From an uncultured Rickettsiales bacterium (GTDB taxonomy: Bacteria; Pseudomonadota; Alphaproteobacteria; Rickettsiales; CAZAGG01), in NCBI GenBank assembly GCA_964484565.1, contig CAZAGG010000009.1, positions 61,384 through 125,383 on the forward strand: a stretch of 64,000 bases of DNA, written 5' to 3'. The position numbers and the translations under genes were made by a program. Positions 1-10,186 of the stretch are shown here, in pieces. The notes below the pieces were generated by a model. It saw only the letters and a list, made by a program, of their open reading frames with translations, had not been told where the DNA came from and searched no databases. Numbering within the stretch: position 1 is the stretch's first letter; every line of letters starts with the position of its first letter.

Positions 1-6
1 AATAAC

Positions 7-1146
7 ATGCCGAAAGAAGAGTTTGGTCTTTACGCACTCATTCTTGGCTATTATGCCTATGCAGTAATTTTTGCCGAGTTTGGCCTAAGAACTGTGGCAA
101 CCAATGAGCTATCAAAAGATGTTAAATCAGAAGCTGCAAGTAGAATATATTCATCTTACATTATCCTGAGAGTTTTCATTGCCTTTTTGTGCATATCGCT
201 AATTGCGGTTATAACTTCTCTGGTCAGACCTGATATATTTGTCCCTGTAATGCTGGTTATGGCATCACTTATCTTTGCTGCGCTTCACACAGATTGGCTG
301 TTTATTTCCGCCAAGAACTACTTAATGGCTGGGTATGCGGCAACAATAAGATGGTTTTTATATCTGGCGTTGGTTTTGATTAGTATTCTGATATTGCAAG
401 ATAAAATGGAAGTTAAGTTTATCTCCGCCATATTCTTATGTTCTTGGATATTAACAATTTTAATTACGTGGCATTTGGTATCTCGCAAGGTAAATAGCAA
501 ATTTAGAATCTCTGCATTCAATAAAGTGGACTCTAAAAATCTAGTTGTAAGGGGTATTCCCGTACTGGGTTCTACGCTTATATATCAACTGCTGCAAAAC
601 TTCGATTTGCTATGGGTGGGTTATCATTTTGGCAGTGCAAGTGCAGGCTCTTATTACATAGCAAACAGCGTTGTTTCTGCGGGTTTCATATTCTCTAACT
701 CAATGTCGCAAATCGCACTTGCAAAACATGCGGGTATAGAGTCAAAACCTGCAAGTGAAATTAAGCGTTTTTTATTTTCTGATTTAAAAATGATTCTGGC
801 ACTTGCTTTAGTAATGTCAGCTGCGATTTACTTTCTTTTTCCGCTACTTGTACCAATCTTTTTTGGGGATAACTATACCGATGCGGGAGCTTTGTGTATC
901 TATTTAATACCTTATTTTGTATTCTATCAAATATCTGCGGTGCTTGCCTTTTTTATGATTGCGATAAAAATGCAAAAACAAGTTTTCTTATCAAATTTAT
1001 TAGTTGCTGCTCTTTTGCCGTTATTGCTTATTTTTGCGGTTTCATTTGAAACGGTTGAAGCAATTGCTTTAGTAAAGGGCTTGATAATGCTTGTAACGAT
1101 ATTTGCGATGTCTTTAATGCTATTTAAGGGGCTGCAAAAAACGTGA
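7..1146 (+). CDS. Oligosaccharide flippase (Wzx/MOP family), probably 5'-truncated by the window edge
   Basis: Many hydrophobic helices; 'EFGLYAL..AEFGL' and 'D..WVGY..G...AG.Y..A' patterns typical of Wzx; frame is open from base 1. Confidence 0.8.
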   Translation: MPKEEFGLYALILGYYAYAVIFAEFGLRTVATNELSKDVKSEAASRIYSSYIILRVFIAFLCISLIAVITSLVRPDIFVPVMLVMASLIFAALHTDWLFISAKNYLMAGYAATIRWFLYLALVLISILILQDKMEVKFISAIFLCSWILTILITWHLVSRKVNSKFRISAFNKVDSKNLVVRGIPVLGSTLIYQLLQNFDLLWVGYHFGSASAGSYYIANSVVSAGFIFSNSMSQIALAKHAGIESKPASEIKRFLFSDLKMILALALVMSAAIYFLFPLLVPIFFGDNYTDAGALCIYLIPYFVFYQISAVLAFFMIAIKMQKQVFLSNLLVAALLPLLLIFAVSFETVEAIALVKGLIMLVTIFAMSLMLFKGLQKT

Positions 1147-2390
1147 ACTTATCTTTCACCAAAGGTTTTATATGCTTCATTGCCGCAATTGCGATAATAC
1201 CCCACCATATCGTTGAACAATCAGGTTTTAAGCCAATAGTTCAGCTTGGATTTATTTTCTCAAGTCTTGCTCTGTTTTTCATTGGTCTTTTTAACTCAAG
1301 GAATCAAACGGGATATACAATATTTCAGAAGTTTATTGCAGTGATTGTATTGTTTCTTCTTATGACCTGCTTTGTTCAGGATACACTAAAGAATGAGATA
1401 AACCTAGATGCCTACAAGATATTTTTCATAGCAGGGTTCATATTTTTTGCATCCGACTTGGTTAAAACCACAGATTTTGAATCTCTAATGCGTCTTTATT
1501 GGAAGATACTTTCGATTTACATTTTAGTGATGGTTAGCACCTTTATCGCAAGGCCAAAAGATGAATTGTTTTTTGGTGAGCAAGCGGATTTTAGGCTGAA
1601 CTTACTTAGTTCACCTACTCTGGTTGCAACTTTCTGCCTTACCTATGGATTGGTTGCATTAAGTGCATACAGATATTTGGAAGGCAGGTGGCAAAAGATC
1701 TCGCATCTATTTCTCACCGCTGGAGCTTTCTATATCATGTTTGCAACAGCAAGTAGGCAGGTTGCTCTAATTTTCGGTTTATATTTGATTGTCAAATTTG
1801 TTTACGCGCGTACTTGGAAAAAAAGGATGCAAACCGTAAAAATCATATCTCTCGCAATGGTATTATTCCTCTTATTCAGCGCATTTGTTAATGATACACT
1901 TATTAGAAGATTCATTTTCAACCCGCAGGAAGATTATACCTCTGGAAGGGCTGTATCAATATCTCTATGGCTTGAGAAAAAAGAGGTTGAAGGTTCTCCG
2001 CTTGGTATTGGTTATATCGGGGAAAACATTAATTATGAACTAATGTTACTATGGCCGCATAATGAAGTGGTTCGATTGTTTATTGAAGGTGGCTATGCTG
2101 GCTTATTCTTCGTTTTAACAATCATGAGTTTTGCCTTTTTGTGTATGCATAAATCGCTTAGAGTAATTCGAGAACCGATAAGCCGAGCGGTTATAATTGT
2201 ATCTTTTCTTGAGGTAATGACACAGATACTTCTCAATAACTATTTTAATAATATTTACAGGGCTTCTTTTGTGTTTCTGATACTAGCGATGGCAGGAGCC
2301 TATGCGTCGAGGGTATCGAATGCTCAAAAAATCTCATTAAGATCAGAATATGCAAGACTACAAGAAAAAGAACTTCAGTTGGCTTCCTAA
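1143..2390 (+). CDS. O-antigen polymerase/ligase family membrane protein (Wzy/WaaL-like)
   Basis: Multi-TM protein with 'TASR', 'TSGR', 'LGIG' and 'PHNE..RLFIEGG..G' Wzy_C motifs. Confidence 0.8.
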   Translation: MNLSFTKGFICFIAAIAIIPHHIVEQSGFKPIVQLGFIFSSLALFFIGLFNSRNQTGYTIFQKFIAVIVLFLLMTCFVQDTLKNEINLDAYKIFFIAGFIFFASDLVKTTDFESLMRLYWKILSIYILVMVSTFIARPKDELFFGEQADFRLNLLSSPTLVATFCLTYGLVALSAYRYLEGRWQKISHLFLTAGAFYIMFATASRQVALIFGLYLIVKFVYARTWKKRMQTVKIISLAMVLFLLFSAFVNDTLIRRFIFNPQEDYTSGRAVSISLWLEKKEVEGSPLGIGYIGENINYELMLLWPHNEVVRLFIEGGYAGLFFVLTIMSFAFLCMHKSLRVIREPISRAVIIVSFLEVMTQILLNNYFNNIYRASFVFLILAMAGAYASRVSNAQKISLRSEYARLQEKELQLAS

Positions 2391-3003
2391 AAACCAAATG
2401 CTAAGGAGCTTGATGCAAAGCTGCTTAGGGGTTCTTGCGATTAATTGGGTCTTTCAGGGCGTCAGAGGAATGCAAAATAAAGAGCTTTCCTTTCGCATTT
2501 TTTTATTCATGTTTGCGGCAGTTATTTTGAATATTCTTATAGATAACGTATTTATTGCGATATTCGTGGCTCATACAATCAACTGGCTTTTCAACGGCCA
2601 TATTTGGGTATGTGTTAGGTATTGTAGCTTTTACAAAAGAAATCCAGATGCTTTGCAAGAATTTCTAAACTCACTGATTAACGATATTCGCAAAAGAAGT
2701 TTCATTAAAGAAGCTGTTTGTATTGGCTCGGTAGGAGATAAAAATCAGATTAACTCGCATAAATCCGATATTGATCTTCGGATATTCTTTGCAAGTGGAT
2801 TTGATAATTATTTAAAGATAAATCTATATCTATTAAAGCTCAGAAGTCTTGCATTTTTAAAAGTAATTCCGTTGGATTTATATGCGTATGATTCCATTTT
2901 GCGCTTGAGAAAATTTCGACAAGATGAAGGCTTGCTAATCATCAAAGATGAATATGGAGATATTGCAAAACTGTTTAGTGATAGAATCCAAAAAAATGCG
3001 TAG
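2350..3003 (+). CDS. Membrane-anchored pol-beta-type nucleotidyltransferase-fold protein
   Basis: N-terminal hydrophobic helices, then 'IGS.........SDIDLRI' and a third acidic 'PLDLY' motif. Confidence 0.6.
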   Translation: MQDYKKKNFSWLPKNQMLRSLMQSCLGVLAINWVFQGVRGMQNKELSFRIFLFMFAAVILNILIDNVFIAIFVAHTINWLFNGHIWVCVRYCSFYKRNPDALQEFLNSLINDIRKRSFIKEAVCIGSVGDKNQINSHKSDIDLRIFFASGFDNYLKINLYLLKLRSLAFLKVIPLDLYAYDSILRLRKFRQDEGLLIIKDEYGDIAKLFSDRIQKNA

Positions 3004-3907
3004 CGCACTCATAATCCCAGTTTATAACGCAATGCCATATCTTCGAGATTTCATCGAAGGTCTTGAAAAGCAAGTAATAAAGCCAGATGAAATTTTGTTT
3101 ATAGATTCCTCATCATCAGATGGAACGGCTAGTTTTTTAAGCAAAGAAGGCTACAGCGTGCTTGCAATAGACAAGCAAAGATTTAATCATGGCGGAACCA
3201 GAAGAATGGCTACAGAGATTGTTCATGCCGACTTATATATTATGATTACTCAAGATGCTTTCTTAAATGATGAAGACAGTATCAAGAATATCATCACCCC
3301 ATTTTTGGAGGATATAAGGATTGGTTCTGTTTATGGAAGGCAACTTCCGCATGTAAATGCTTCATATCTGGCGGCATTCGCAAGAGAATATAACTATCCG
3401 TCTGCATCAATAACTAAAACGATGAATGATGCAAAAGCTATGGGAATCAAGGCTTGTTATTCCTCAGATTCTTTTGCAGCTTACCGAAAAATTGCTCTTG
3501 ATGATGTTGGGGGTTTTCCAGAAAATGTAATCGGCACGGAAGATACTTACGTTACCGCAAAGATGATGATTAAAGGCTGGAAACATAGGTATGAAGCAAG
3601 CGCAACCGTTAGGCATTCTCACGACTATACACTACTTGAGCAATTGAAGCGATATTTTGATATAGGTGTTTTTTACGGCGATGAAAACTGGATAGGGCAA
3701 AATTTTGGCTCAGCAGGCGGGGAGGGATTTAATTTTGTTAAAAACGAGCTTGAGTACCTAATCAAAAGGAAGAAATATACATTAATACCCTATAGTATTA
3801 TTGCAAACTTCATGAAAATAGCGGGCTACAAACTAGGCATGAATCATAAATTTTTGTCTCAGGGCTTGAAAAGAAAAATATCTATGTTCCCCCCTTACTG
3901 GTCTTGA
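2996..3907 (+). CDS. Glycosyltransferase family 2 (rhamnosyltransferase-like)
   Basis: 'IIPVYNA', 'IDSSSSDGT', 'FNHGGTR', 'TQDA', 'ED', 'HSHDY' motifs; ATG at 2996 chosen over the upstream ORF start at 2948. Confidence 0.88.
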   Translation: MRSALIIPVYNAMPYLRDFIEGLEKQVIKPDEILFIDSSSSDGTASFLSKEGYSVLAIDKQRFNHGGTRRMATEIVHADLYIMITQDAFLNDEDSIKNIITPFLEDIRIGSVYGRQLPHVNASYLAAFAREYNYPSASITKTMNDAKAMGIKACYSSDSFAAYRKIALDDVGGFPENVIGTEDTYVTAKMMIKGWKHRYEASATVRHSHDYTLLEQLKRYFDIGVFYGDENWIGQNFGSAGGEGFNFVKNELEYLIKRKKYTLIPYSIIANFMKIAGYKLGMNHKFLSQGLKRKISMFPPYWS

Positions 3908-3923
3908 GGCCAAGCCCATGTTT

Positions 3924-4049
3924 TATAGTATTTCTATTTTTATCTGATAGATTCGCATTTCATCGGTCTCACCGTGCTCACTTATTATTCATACGCTCCG
4001 CGCGCCTCGCCTAGAAAAACTTGCTCTCAAATAAAACTAGAAACACTAT
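3924..4049. repeat. About 126-bp palindromic MITE-like element, copy 1 (resembles Rickettsia palindromic elements)
   Basis: Near-identical to 55978-56103; imperfect terminal inverted repeats TATAGTATTTCTATTTT / AAAACTAGAAACACTAT; core GTGCTCAC..TACGCTCCG. Confidence 0.85.
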
Positions 4050-5926
4050 GATTTTCTTTTTTTGATTTTCTTTGCAGGTTTAGGTTTGTTTTTCTTATCA
4101 AAAGAGCGGGTTTTTTCTAAAACTATCATTCCAGATATTGGGTTTGATTCTTTGATTCTAACCTCGATTTTATCACCTAAATTATAAATCGCTTTGCTCC
4201 TTCTGCCTATCACGCAGGTTCTTATCTCGTTATAATGGAAATAGTCATCTCCAAGTAAAGAATAGGGAAGCATTCCTTCAGTTCCTGTGTCGGTGATAGT
4301 TACAAATATTCCCGAATTGCCGATTCCAGAGATTACTCCGCTGAAGTCTTTACCAACCATATCTTGCATATAAGCTGCAATATATCGAGAAACTGTTTCG
4401 CGTTCGGCCTGCATAGCCTTTCTTTCAGTTTCAGAAATATGTTCTGATATAAGCTCAAGCTCTTTTTGCAGAGATTTTTTGCCTTCGACTAAAGCAATTA
4501 AAGCTCTGTGAACCACTAGATCTGAATATCGTCTTATTGGTGAAGTGAAGTGGCAATAATCGTTTAGGCCAAGTCCGAAATGGCCATGATTATCGGTAGT
4601 GTAATAAGCCTGCATTTGCGCCCTCAAAACCTGAGAGTTAATTAGCTTTGCATCTGGCCTATCAATACTTTGCTTTAAAAGGCGGTTAAAGTCCCCGCCA
4701 TGAGTTAGTTGGCCGCGCCCTACATTGATTCCTATTTCCGAAAGAAAGTCTTGCAGGTCAATGATTTTCATAGGATCAGGTTTTTCATGAACCCGATAAA
4801 TCGCTGGAATTCCAGCTTGTGAGAGTGATTCTGCTGCGGCTATGTTTGTGGCAATCATCATTTCTTCAATGATTTTGTGGCTTTCAAAACGCTCACGCTC
4901 TTTTACTTCTTTAACGCTGCCATCTTCATTAAAAAATATCTTATATTCGGGAATATCAAGTTCTAGGGTGTTGCGTTTTTTCCTGTCTTTTAGAAGAGCT
5001 TTATAGGCAGAATATAGATTTATGATAACTGGGTTGTAAAGCTCTGTTATTCCTTGTTTTCCTCTGCTTTCTATAGTCTGGTGCAGTTGATTATAAGTAA
5101 TTCTTGCATGCGAACGCATTAGGCCGCGAAGGAAATTATGACGAATTTTTTTTCCTTCGCTATTTATCCATATCTCAACTGCGACGCATCCCCTATCTTC
5201 ATTCGGACGAAGTGAGCAAAGGTTATTAGATAGGTTCTCTGGCAACATAGGAAGCACCATATTCGGGAAATATACGGAATTTCCTCTTTGCAGGGCTTCT
5301 CTATCCAGATTGCTATCTGTTTTTACGTAATATGAAACATCGGCAATTGCTATAACGAGCTTGAATCCACCTTTGTTTTTTATATCGTTATCTGGCTCTG
5401 CATATACTGCATCGTCAAAGTCTCTCGCATCTTCACCATCAATTGTGACAAGGGGGATTTCCCTTAAGTCAGTTCTTCCTGCGAGGTCTGGAATGTTATT
5501 TCCTGAGGCCTCTCGAATTGCCTCTTTACTAAACTCATGGGGCAGATTGTGGGTATGTATTGAAATAACGCTAAAGCAATTTGGATCAGATTCTTTGCCG
5601 ATAATTTCCGTAACTTTTGCAAGTTTTCCCGCTGCGATTTTTATTCTGCCCCGATAGCGACGATACTCTGGAAGCAGTTCGGCTTTAACAATTTCTCCGT
5701 CAGAAACTAGGCTATCGGTTATTTCGTATTGATTTCTATCACGTTTATTAGCGGGTAACAGGAAAAATCCTGTTGTTTTCTTTCTTACGACTCCCACAAT
5801 AATTTGGCTTTCTGTCTGAGCCTTACTTTTTAGGGGTTTATTGTGGTGTGAAGAGCTTTCTTTGCCCTTTCTGTTTTTAAAAGAATTTTTTCTTTCAGGC
5901 TCGAAAGTTTTTCTGCGCTTTTTCAA
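4046..5926 (-). CDS. rnr: Ribonuclease R (RNB + S1 domains)
   Basis: 'TIDGEDARDFDDAV', 'HFTSPIRRYSDL', C-terminal S1 domain and Lys-rich tail. Confidence 0.93.
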   Translation of the reverse strand: MKKRRKTFEPERKNSFKNRKGKESSSHHNKPLKSKAQTESQIIVGVVRKKTTGFFLLPANKRDRNQYEITDSLVSDGEIVKAELLPEYRRYRGRIKIAAGKLAKVTEIIGKESDPNCFSVISIHTHNLPHEFSKEAIREASGNNIPDLAGRTDLREIPLVTIDGEDARDFDDAVYAEPDNDIKNKGGFKLVIAIADVSYYVKTDSNLDREALQRGNSVYFPNMVLPMLPENLSNNLCSLRPNEDRGCVAVEIWINSEGKKIRHNFLRGLMRSHARITYNQLHQTIESRGKQGITELYNPVIINLYSAYKALLKDRKKRNTLELDIPEYKIFFNEDGSVKEVKERERFESHKIIEEMMIATNIAAAESLSQAGIPAIYRVHEKPDPMKIIDLQDFLSEIGINVGRGQLTHGGDFNRLLKQSIDRPDAKLINSQVLRAQMQAYYTTDNHGHFGLGLNDYCHFTSPIRRYSDLVVHRALIALVEGKKSLQKELELISEHISETERKAMQAERETVSRYIAAYMQDMVGKDFSGVISGIGNSGIFVTITDTGTEGMLPYSLLGDDYFHYNEIRTCVIGRRSKAIYNLGDKIEVRIKESNPISGMIVLEKTRSFDKKNKPKPAKKIKKRKS

Positions 5927-6014
5927 GATTTATGGCTCTCTTTAAATAATATTTGTAAACAATCCTAGAGCTTGTTATTAAAGAAAGCAATAACTGCAAA
6001 TTGAGGTGATAATT

Positions 6015-6476
6015 ATGTCTATAGAAGCTAAATTAAAAGAACTTGGAATTGTTTTGCCAGAAGCGGTTGCTCCTGCGGCGGCTTACGTACCTTTTGTGGT
6101 TACGGGAAATCTAGTGTTCATCTCAGGTCAGCTCCCTTTAATTAATGGCAAAGTTGAGCATAAAGGTCAGGTTGGTTCTGATTTTAATATAGAAACAGCA
6201 AAACCAGTTGCTAAACAGTGTGCTATAAATGTTCTGTCACAACTGAAAGCTGCATGTGGTGGTAATCTTGATAAAGTAAAGAGATGCGTTAAACTCGTTA
6301 TTTTTGTAAACTCAGCAGAGGGCTTTTCTGAGCAGCACCTAGTTGCAAACGGAGCATCTGAGTTTATCGTGGAAGTGCTCGGTAAGGAAAAAGGTTCTCA
6401 TGCCCGCTCTGCTATTGGCGTTCAGGGGCTTCCAATGGGAGTGCCTGTCGAAGTAGAAGCATTCTTTGAAATCTAA
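6015..6476 (+). CDS. RidA/YjgF-family protein
   Basis: 'YVPFV..GNLVFISGQLP', 'VANGAS', 'HARSAIGV..LP..VPVEVE'. Confidence 0.9.
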   Translation: MSIEAKLKELGIVLPEAVAPAAAYVPFVVTGNLVFISGQLPLINGKVEHKGQVGSDFNIETAKPVAKQCAINVLSQLKAACGGNLDKVKRCVKLVIFVNSAEGFSEQHLVANGASEFIVEVLGKEKGSHARSAIGVQGLPMGVPVEVEAFFEI

Positions 6477-6491
6477 TATACGATTCATCTG

Positions 6492-6779
6492 ATGACTATT
6501 GATATAAAAGGCATAACTAAGGTAGCCAAACTTGCAAGAATCAGCCTAAATGATTCAGAAAAAGAGCATATGGCAAATGAACTTAACGGAATCATCAAGT
6601 GGGTTGAGCAGCTCGGAGAAGTTAATACGGATGGTGTTCCGCAAATGTTTGGGCATTCGGGCATGACTCTTCCAATGCGTGAGGATGTTGTAAGCGACGG
6701 CGGAATCCAGCAGGATGTTTTATCTAACGCACCAAATGCTGAATATGGCTGCTTTGCAGTGCCAAAGGTTATTGAATAG
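6492..6779 (+). CDS. gatC: Asp/Glu-tRNA amidotransferase subunit C
   Basis: 'KVAKLARI', 'MREDVV', 'F.VPKVIE'; directly upstream of gatA. Confidence 0.95.
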   Translation: MTIDIKGITKVAKLARISLNDSEKEHMANELNGIIKWVEQLGEVNTDGVPQMFGHSGMTLPMREDVVSDGGIQQDVLSNAPNAEYGCFAVPKVIE

Positions 6780-6796
6780 GGGAATTGTAAAAAGAT

Positions 6797-8248
6797 ATGG
6801 TTAAAACAATTGCAGAAGCCAGAGATAAGCTGATTAAACGCGAAATATCATCAGAAGAGCTTACCAAGACTTATGTTGAGAAATGTGCGAAATTAAATCC
6901 AGATATTAATGCTTACATTACTTTGACTGAAGATGCAGCGTTGCAAGCTGCCAGAAAAAGCGATGAGAAAATCAAGGCTGGTAATGCTGGGATTATGGAA
7001 GGCATTCCTGTTGCGGTTAAAGATCTTTATTGCACTAAGGGCGTGAAAACGACAGCCGCTTCAAAGATACTTAGCAATTTTATTCCGCCATATGAATCAA
7101 CGGTATCTGCAAATCTTTTTGCAGCGGGCGGAGTAATGCTTGGTAAAACGAATATGGATGAATTCGCCATGGGTTCAACCAACAAAACCAGCTATTTTGG
7201 CAGTGTGAAAAATCCGCTCAAGCGTAAAGGTGATGACACAGTTCTTACACCGGGTGGGTCATCAGGTGGCTCTGCTGCTGCGGTTGCTGCGGATATGTGT
7301 CTTGGTGCGCTTGGTTCTGACACGGGTGGGTCAATAAGACAACCTGCATCATTCTGCGGAATTGTTGGAATAAAACCAACCTACGGCAGGTGCTCACGTT
7401 ATGGAATGGTTGCCTTTGCAAGCTCGCTTGATCAGGCGGGGCCAATGACTAAAACTGTTCGTGATTCGGCTATAATGTTAGAAGCAATTTCTGGATATGA
7501 TCCAAAAGATTCAACCTCTGTAAATAAACCAGTTCCCAAATATGAAGAGTCTGTTGGTGCAAGTATTAAGGGTATGAAAATTGGTATTCCCAGAGAATAC
7601 AAAATTGATGGAACGCCAAAAGAAATTGATGAAACTTGGCAAAAAGGTATCGAGTGGGTTAAAGATGCTGGTGCAGAAGTGGTTGAGATTAGCCTGCCAC
7701 ATACAAAATATGCTCTGCCAGCTTATTACATTATTGCCCCTGCTGAGGCTTCTTCAAACCTCGCAAGATATGACGGCGTAAGATATGGAGTAAGAACAGA
7801 GCCAGAAAAAGGTGGAATTAATGAGCTTTATGAAGCAACTCGTGCCGCAGGTTTTGGCAATGAAGTAAAACGCCGCATTCTGATAGGAACTTATGTTTTA
7901 TCGCACGGTTATTATGATGCTTATTACAAAAAATCTCAGCGGATTAGAACGCTGATAACCAAAGATTTTGATGAGGCTTTCACAAAGGTTGATGCGATAC
8001 TTACGCCAACAACTCCTTCAGCAGCATTTGCGCTTGATGAGAAAATTACTGATCCCGTTAAAATGTATTTGAATGACGTTTTTACAGTTTCGGTAAATTT
8101 GGCTTGGTTGCCTGCGATTTCTGTTCCCGCAGCGTTGGATGCAGATGGTCTCCCGCTTGGGCTTCAAGTGATAGCAAGATCATTTGACGAAGAAACCTGC
8201 TTCAAAGTTGGTTCAGTCATCGAAAAGAATGCTGGGTTCATTTCCTGA
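6797..8248 (+). CDS. gatA: Asp/Glu-tRNA amidotransferase subunit A
   Basis: Amidase signature '[26 protein letters not shown]', '[13 protein letters not shown]'. Confidence 0.97.
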   Translation: MVKTIAEARDKLIKREISSEELTKTYVEKCAKLNPDINAYITLTEDAALQAARKSDEKIKAGNAGIMEGIPVAVKDLYCTKGVKTTAASKILSNFIPPYESTVSANLFAAGGVMLGKTNMDEFAMGSTNKTSYFGSVKNPLKRKGDDTVLTPGGSSGGSAAAVAADMCLGALGSDTGGSIRQPASFCGIVGIKPTYGRCSRYGMVAFASSLDQAGPMTKTVRDSAIMLEAISGYDPKDSTSVNKPVPKYEESVGASIKGMKIGIPREYKIDGTPKEIDETWQKGIEWVKDAGAEVVEISLPHTKYALPAYYIIAPAEASSNLARYDGVRYGVRTEPEKGGINELYEATRAAGFGNEVKRRILIGTYVLSHGYYDAYYKKSQRIRTLITKDFDEAFTKVDAILTPTTPSAAFALDEKITDPVKMYLNDVFTVSVNLAWLPAISVPAALDADGLPLGLQVIARSFDEETCFKVGSVIEKNAGFIS

Positions 8249-9492
8249 TGAATAATAAAAACGAAGTTTTAATTACCACTCTACCATCTGGGCTTAGGGT
8301 GGCAAGCAAGCACATGCATGGTGTTGAGACTATATCTTTCGGTGTATTTGTTGATGTTGGTGCACGTTATGAAGATGAAACTAATAACGGCGTTTCGCAC
8401 TTCCTTGAGCACATGGCGTTTAAAGGCACATCAACCAGAAGCGCGCAGGATATTGCTATCGAGTTTGACTCAATCGGCGGACATCTCAATGCTTATACAT
8501 CAATGGAGCAAACGGTTTATTACGCTAAAGTTTTAAAAGAAAACATTGAAGATGCGGTGGATATAATATCAGACATCCTGCAAAACAGTGTGTTTGATGC
8601 AGGCGAGCTTGATAAGGAGAGAGAAGTAATTCTGCAAGAAATTGCGATGCATAAAGATACTCCAGATGATCTGGTTTTTGACTATTTCCAGCAGACAGCT
8701 TTTCCAAATCAGCCTTTGGGGCGTTCAATTCTTGGAACCAGCAAACTTATTGAGTCATATAACCGCGATGATTTGATTAAATATCTAAAGAGGCACTATA
8801 CCGCAAACAAAATGGTGGTGGTTGCGGCAGGTAATATTGAGCACAATAAAATTCTTGATCTGGCATCTCGCGCATTTGAACGTTTTAAAAGCGATGAAAT
8901 TGTAAAACCAGTGTCTGGAAACTATGTAGGCGGAGATATAAGAAAGCAGCAAAAATTAGAGCAACTTCATATGGTTATGGGGTTTGATGGCATGGCTTAT
9001 ACTGATGAGCGTTATCCTGCACTTCAGGTTATGTCAACGGCACTTGGTGGGGGAATGTCGTCACGCCTATTTCAAGAGATACGCGAAAAGAGGGGGCTTG
9101 CTTATTCGGTTTATTCTTTCACTATTTCGTATCGTGATTCTGGAATTTTCTGCATTTACGGTGGAACTTCAGAAAAGCAGGGTAGCGAATTTATAAAAGT
9201 GGTAAGTGATGAAGTTGAAAATTTCGCCAAAAATATTTCTGATGCCGAAATAAGCCGTGCAAAAGCACAGATAAAAGCAGGCATTCTAATGTCACTTGAG
9301 AGCACATCTTCTCAGCTTGAAAGCGTTGGAAGAAGCGTTCTTATTTATAACCGCTACCGCACACCAGAAGAGCTAATCGGCAAAGTTGATGCAGTCACTA
9401 AAGAGCAGATGGTTGAAATTTTAAATCAAAGCCTATCAAGCCCGAGAACCTTCACCGTCCTTGGCGAAATCAAATCGTTAAAGAACGTTTAG
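8248..9492 (+). CDS. M16 (pitrilysin/MPP-like) zinc peptidase
   Basis: Inverted zinc motif 'HFLEHMAFKGT', 'GGGMSSRLFQEIREKRGLAYSV'. Confidence 0.93.
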   Translation: MNNKNEVLITTLPSGLRVASKHMHGVETISFGVFVDVGARYEDETNNGVSHFLEHMAFKGTSTRSAQDIAIEFDSIGGHLNAYTSMEQTVYYAKVLKENIEDAVDIISDILQNSVFDAGELDKEREVILQEIAMHKDTPDDLVFDYFQQTAFPNQPLGRSILGTSKLIESYNRDDLIKYLKRHYTANKMVVVAAGNIEHNKILDLASRAFERFKSDEIVKPVSGNYVGGDIRKQQKLEQLHMVMGFDGMAYTDERYPALQVMSTALGGGMSSRLFQEIREKRGLAYSVYSFTISYRDSGIFCIYGGTSEKQGSEFIKVVSDEVENFAKNISDAEISRAKAQIKAGILMSLESTSSQLESVGRSVLIYNRYRTPEELIGKVDAVTKEQMVEILNQSLSSPRTFTVLGEIKSLKNV

Positions 9493-9497
9493 AACAA

Positions 9498-10151
9498 CTA
9501 AATCTTTTGACCTGTTTTTTGCCAATCACTTAGGAATGTTTCTAAGCCTTTATCGGTGAGGGGGTGGTTGAAGAGTTGTTTGATAACTGATGGGGGGGCG
9601 GTGATTACATCGGCTCCCATTTTTGCTGATTCTACAACGTGCATTGGGCTTCTGATTGAGGCAACTAGAACCTGTGTTTCAAAGTCTGGGTAATTATCGT
9701 AAATAGTGCAAATATCTGCGATTAGCTGCATTCCATCTGTGCCTATATCATCTAGCCTACCAACAAACGGAGAGATAAAGGTTGCGCCAGCCTTTGCGGC
9801 GAGAATAGCCTGTGCAGGTGAGAAACAAAGGGTTACATTAACCATTGTGCCTTCATCGGTTAGGGTTTTGCAGGCTCTTATTCCGTCATAGGTGAGTGGA
9901 AGTTTTACGGTTATATTTTCAGCGATTTTTGCGAGCTTTCTGCCTTCTGCAATCATTTTATCGGCTTCGGTTGCAATAACTTCTGCGCTTACAGGGCCTT
10001 TAACCACATCGCAAATTTCTTCTAGAACTTCTATAAAATTTCTGCCACTTTTTGCAACCAAAGTTGGGTTGGTTGTTACCCCATCAATAAGACCAGTTGC
10101 TGCAAGTTCTCGAATTTCTTTGATGTCGGCAGTGTCGATAAAAAATTTCAT
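9498..10151 (-). CDS. fsa: Transaldolase / fructose-6-phosphate aldolase (TalC/Fsa family)
   Basis: 'MKFFIDTAD', 'DGVTTNP', 'SPFVGRLDD'. Confidence 0.92.
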   Translation of the reverse strand: MKFFIDTADIKEIRELAATGLIDGVTTNPTLVAKSGRNFIEVLEEICDVVKGPVSAEVIATEADKMIAEGRKLAKIAENITVKLPLTYDGIRACKTLTDEGTMVNVTLCFSPAQAILAAKAGATFISPFVGRLDDIGTDGMQLIADICTIYDNYPDFETQVLVASIRSPMHVVESAKMGADVITAPPSVIKQLFNHPLTDKGLETFLSDWQKTGQKI

Positions 10152-10186
10152 GCGGGAATAAGCCTTATAAGTGAGAGTTAATGTAT

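Noticed and set aside
8098-8112. GatA reads NLAWLP where NLAGLP is usual
   Set aside because: A single substitution outside the catalytic triad; cannot be told apart from a neutral variant or sequencing error
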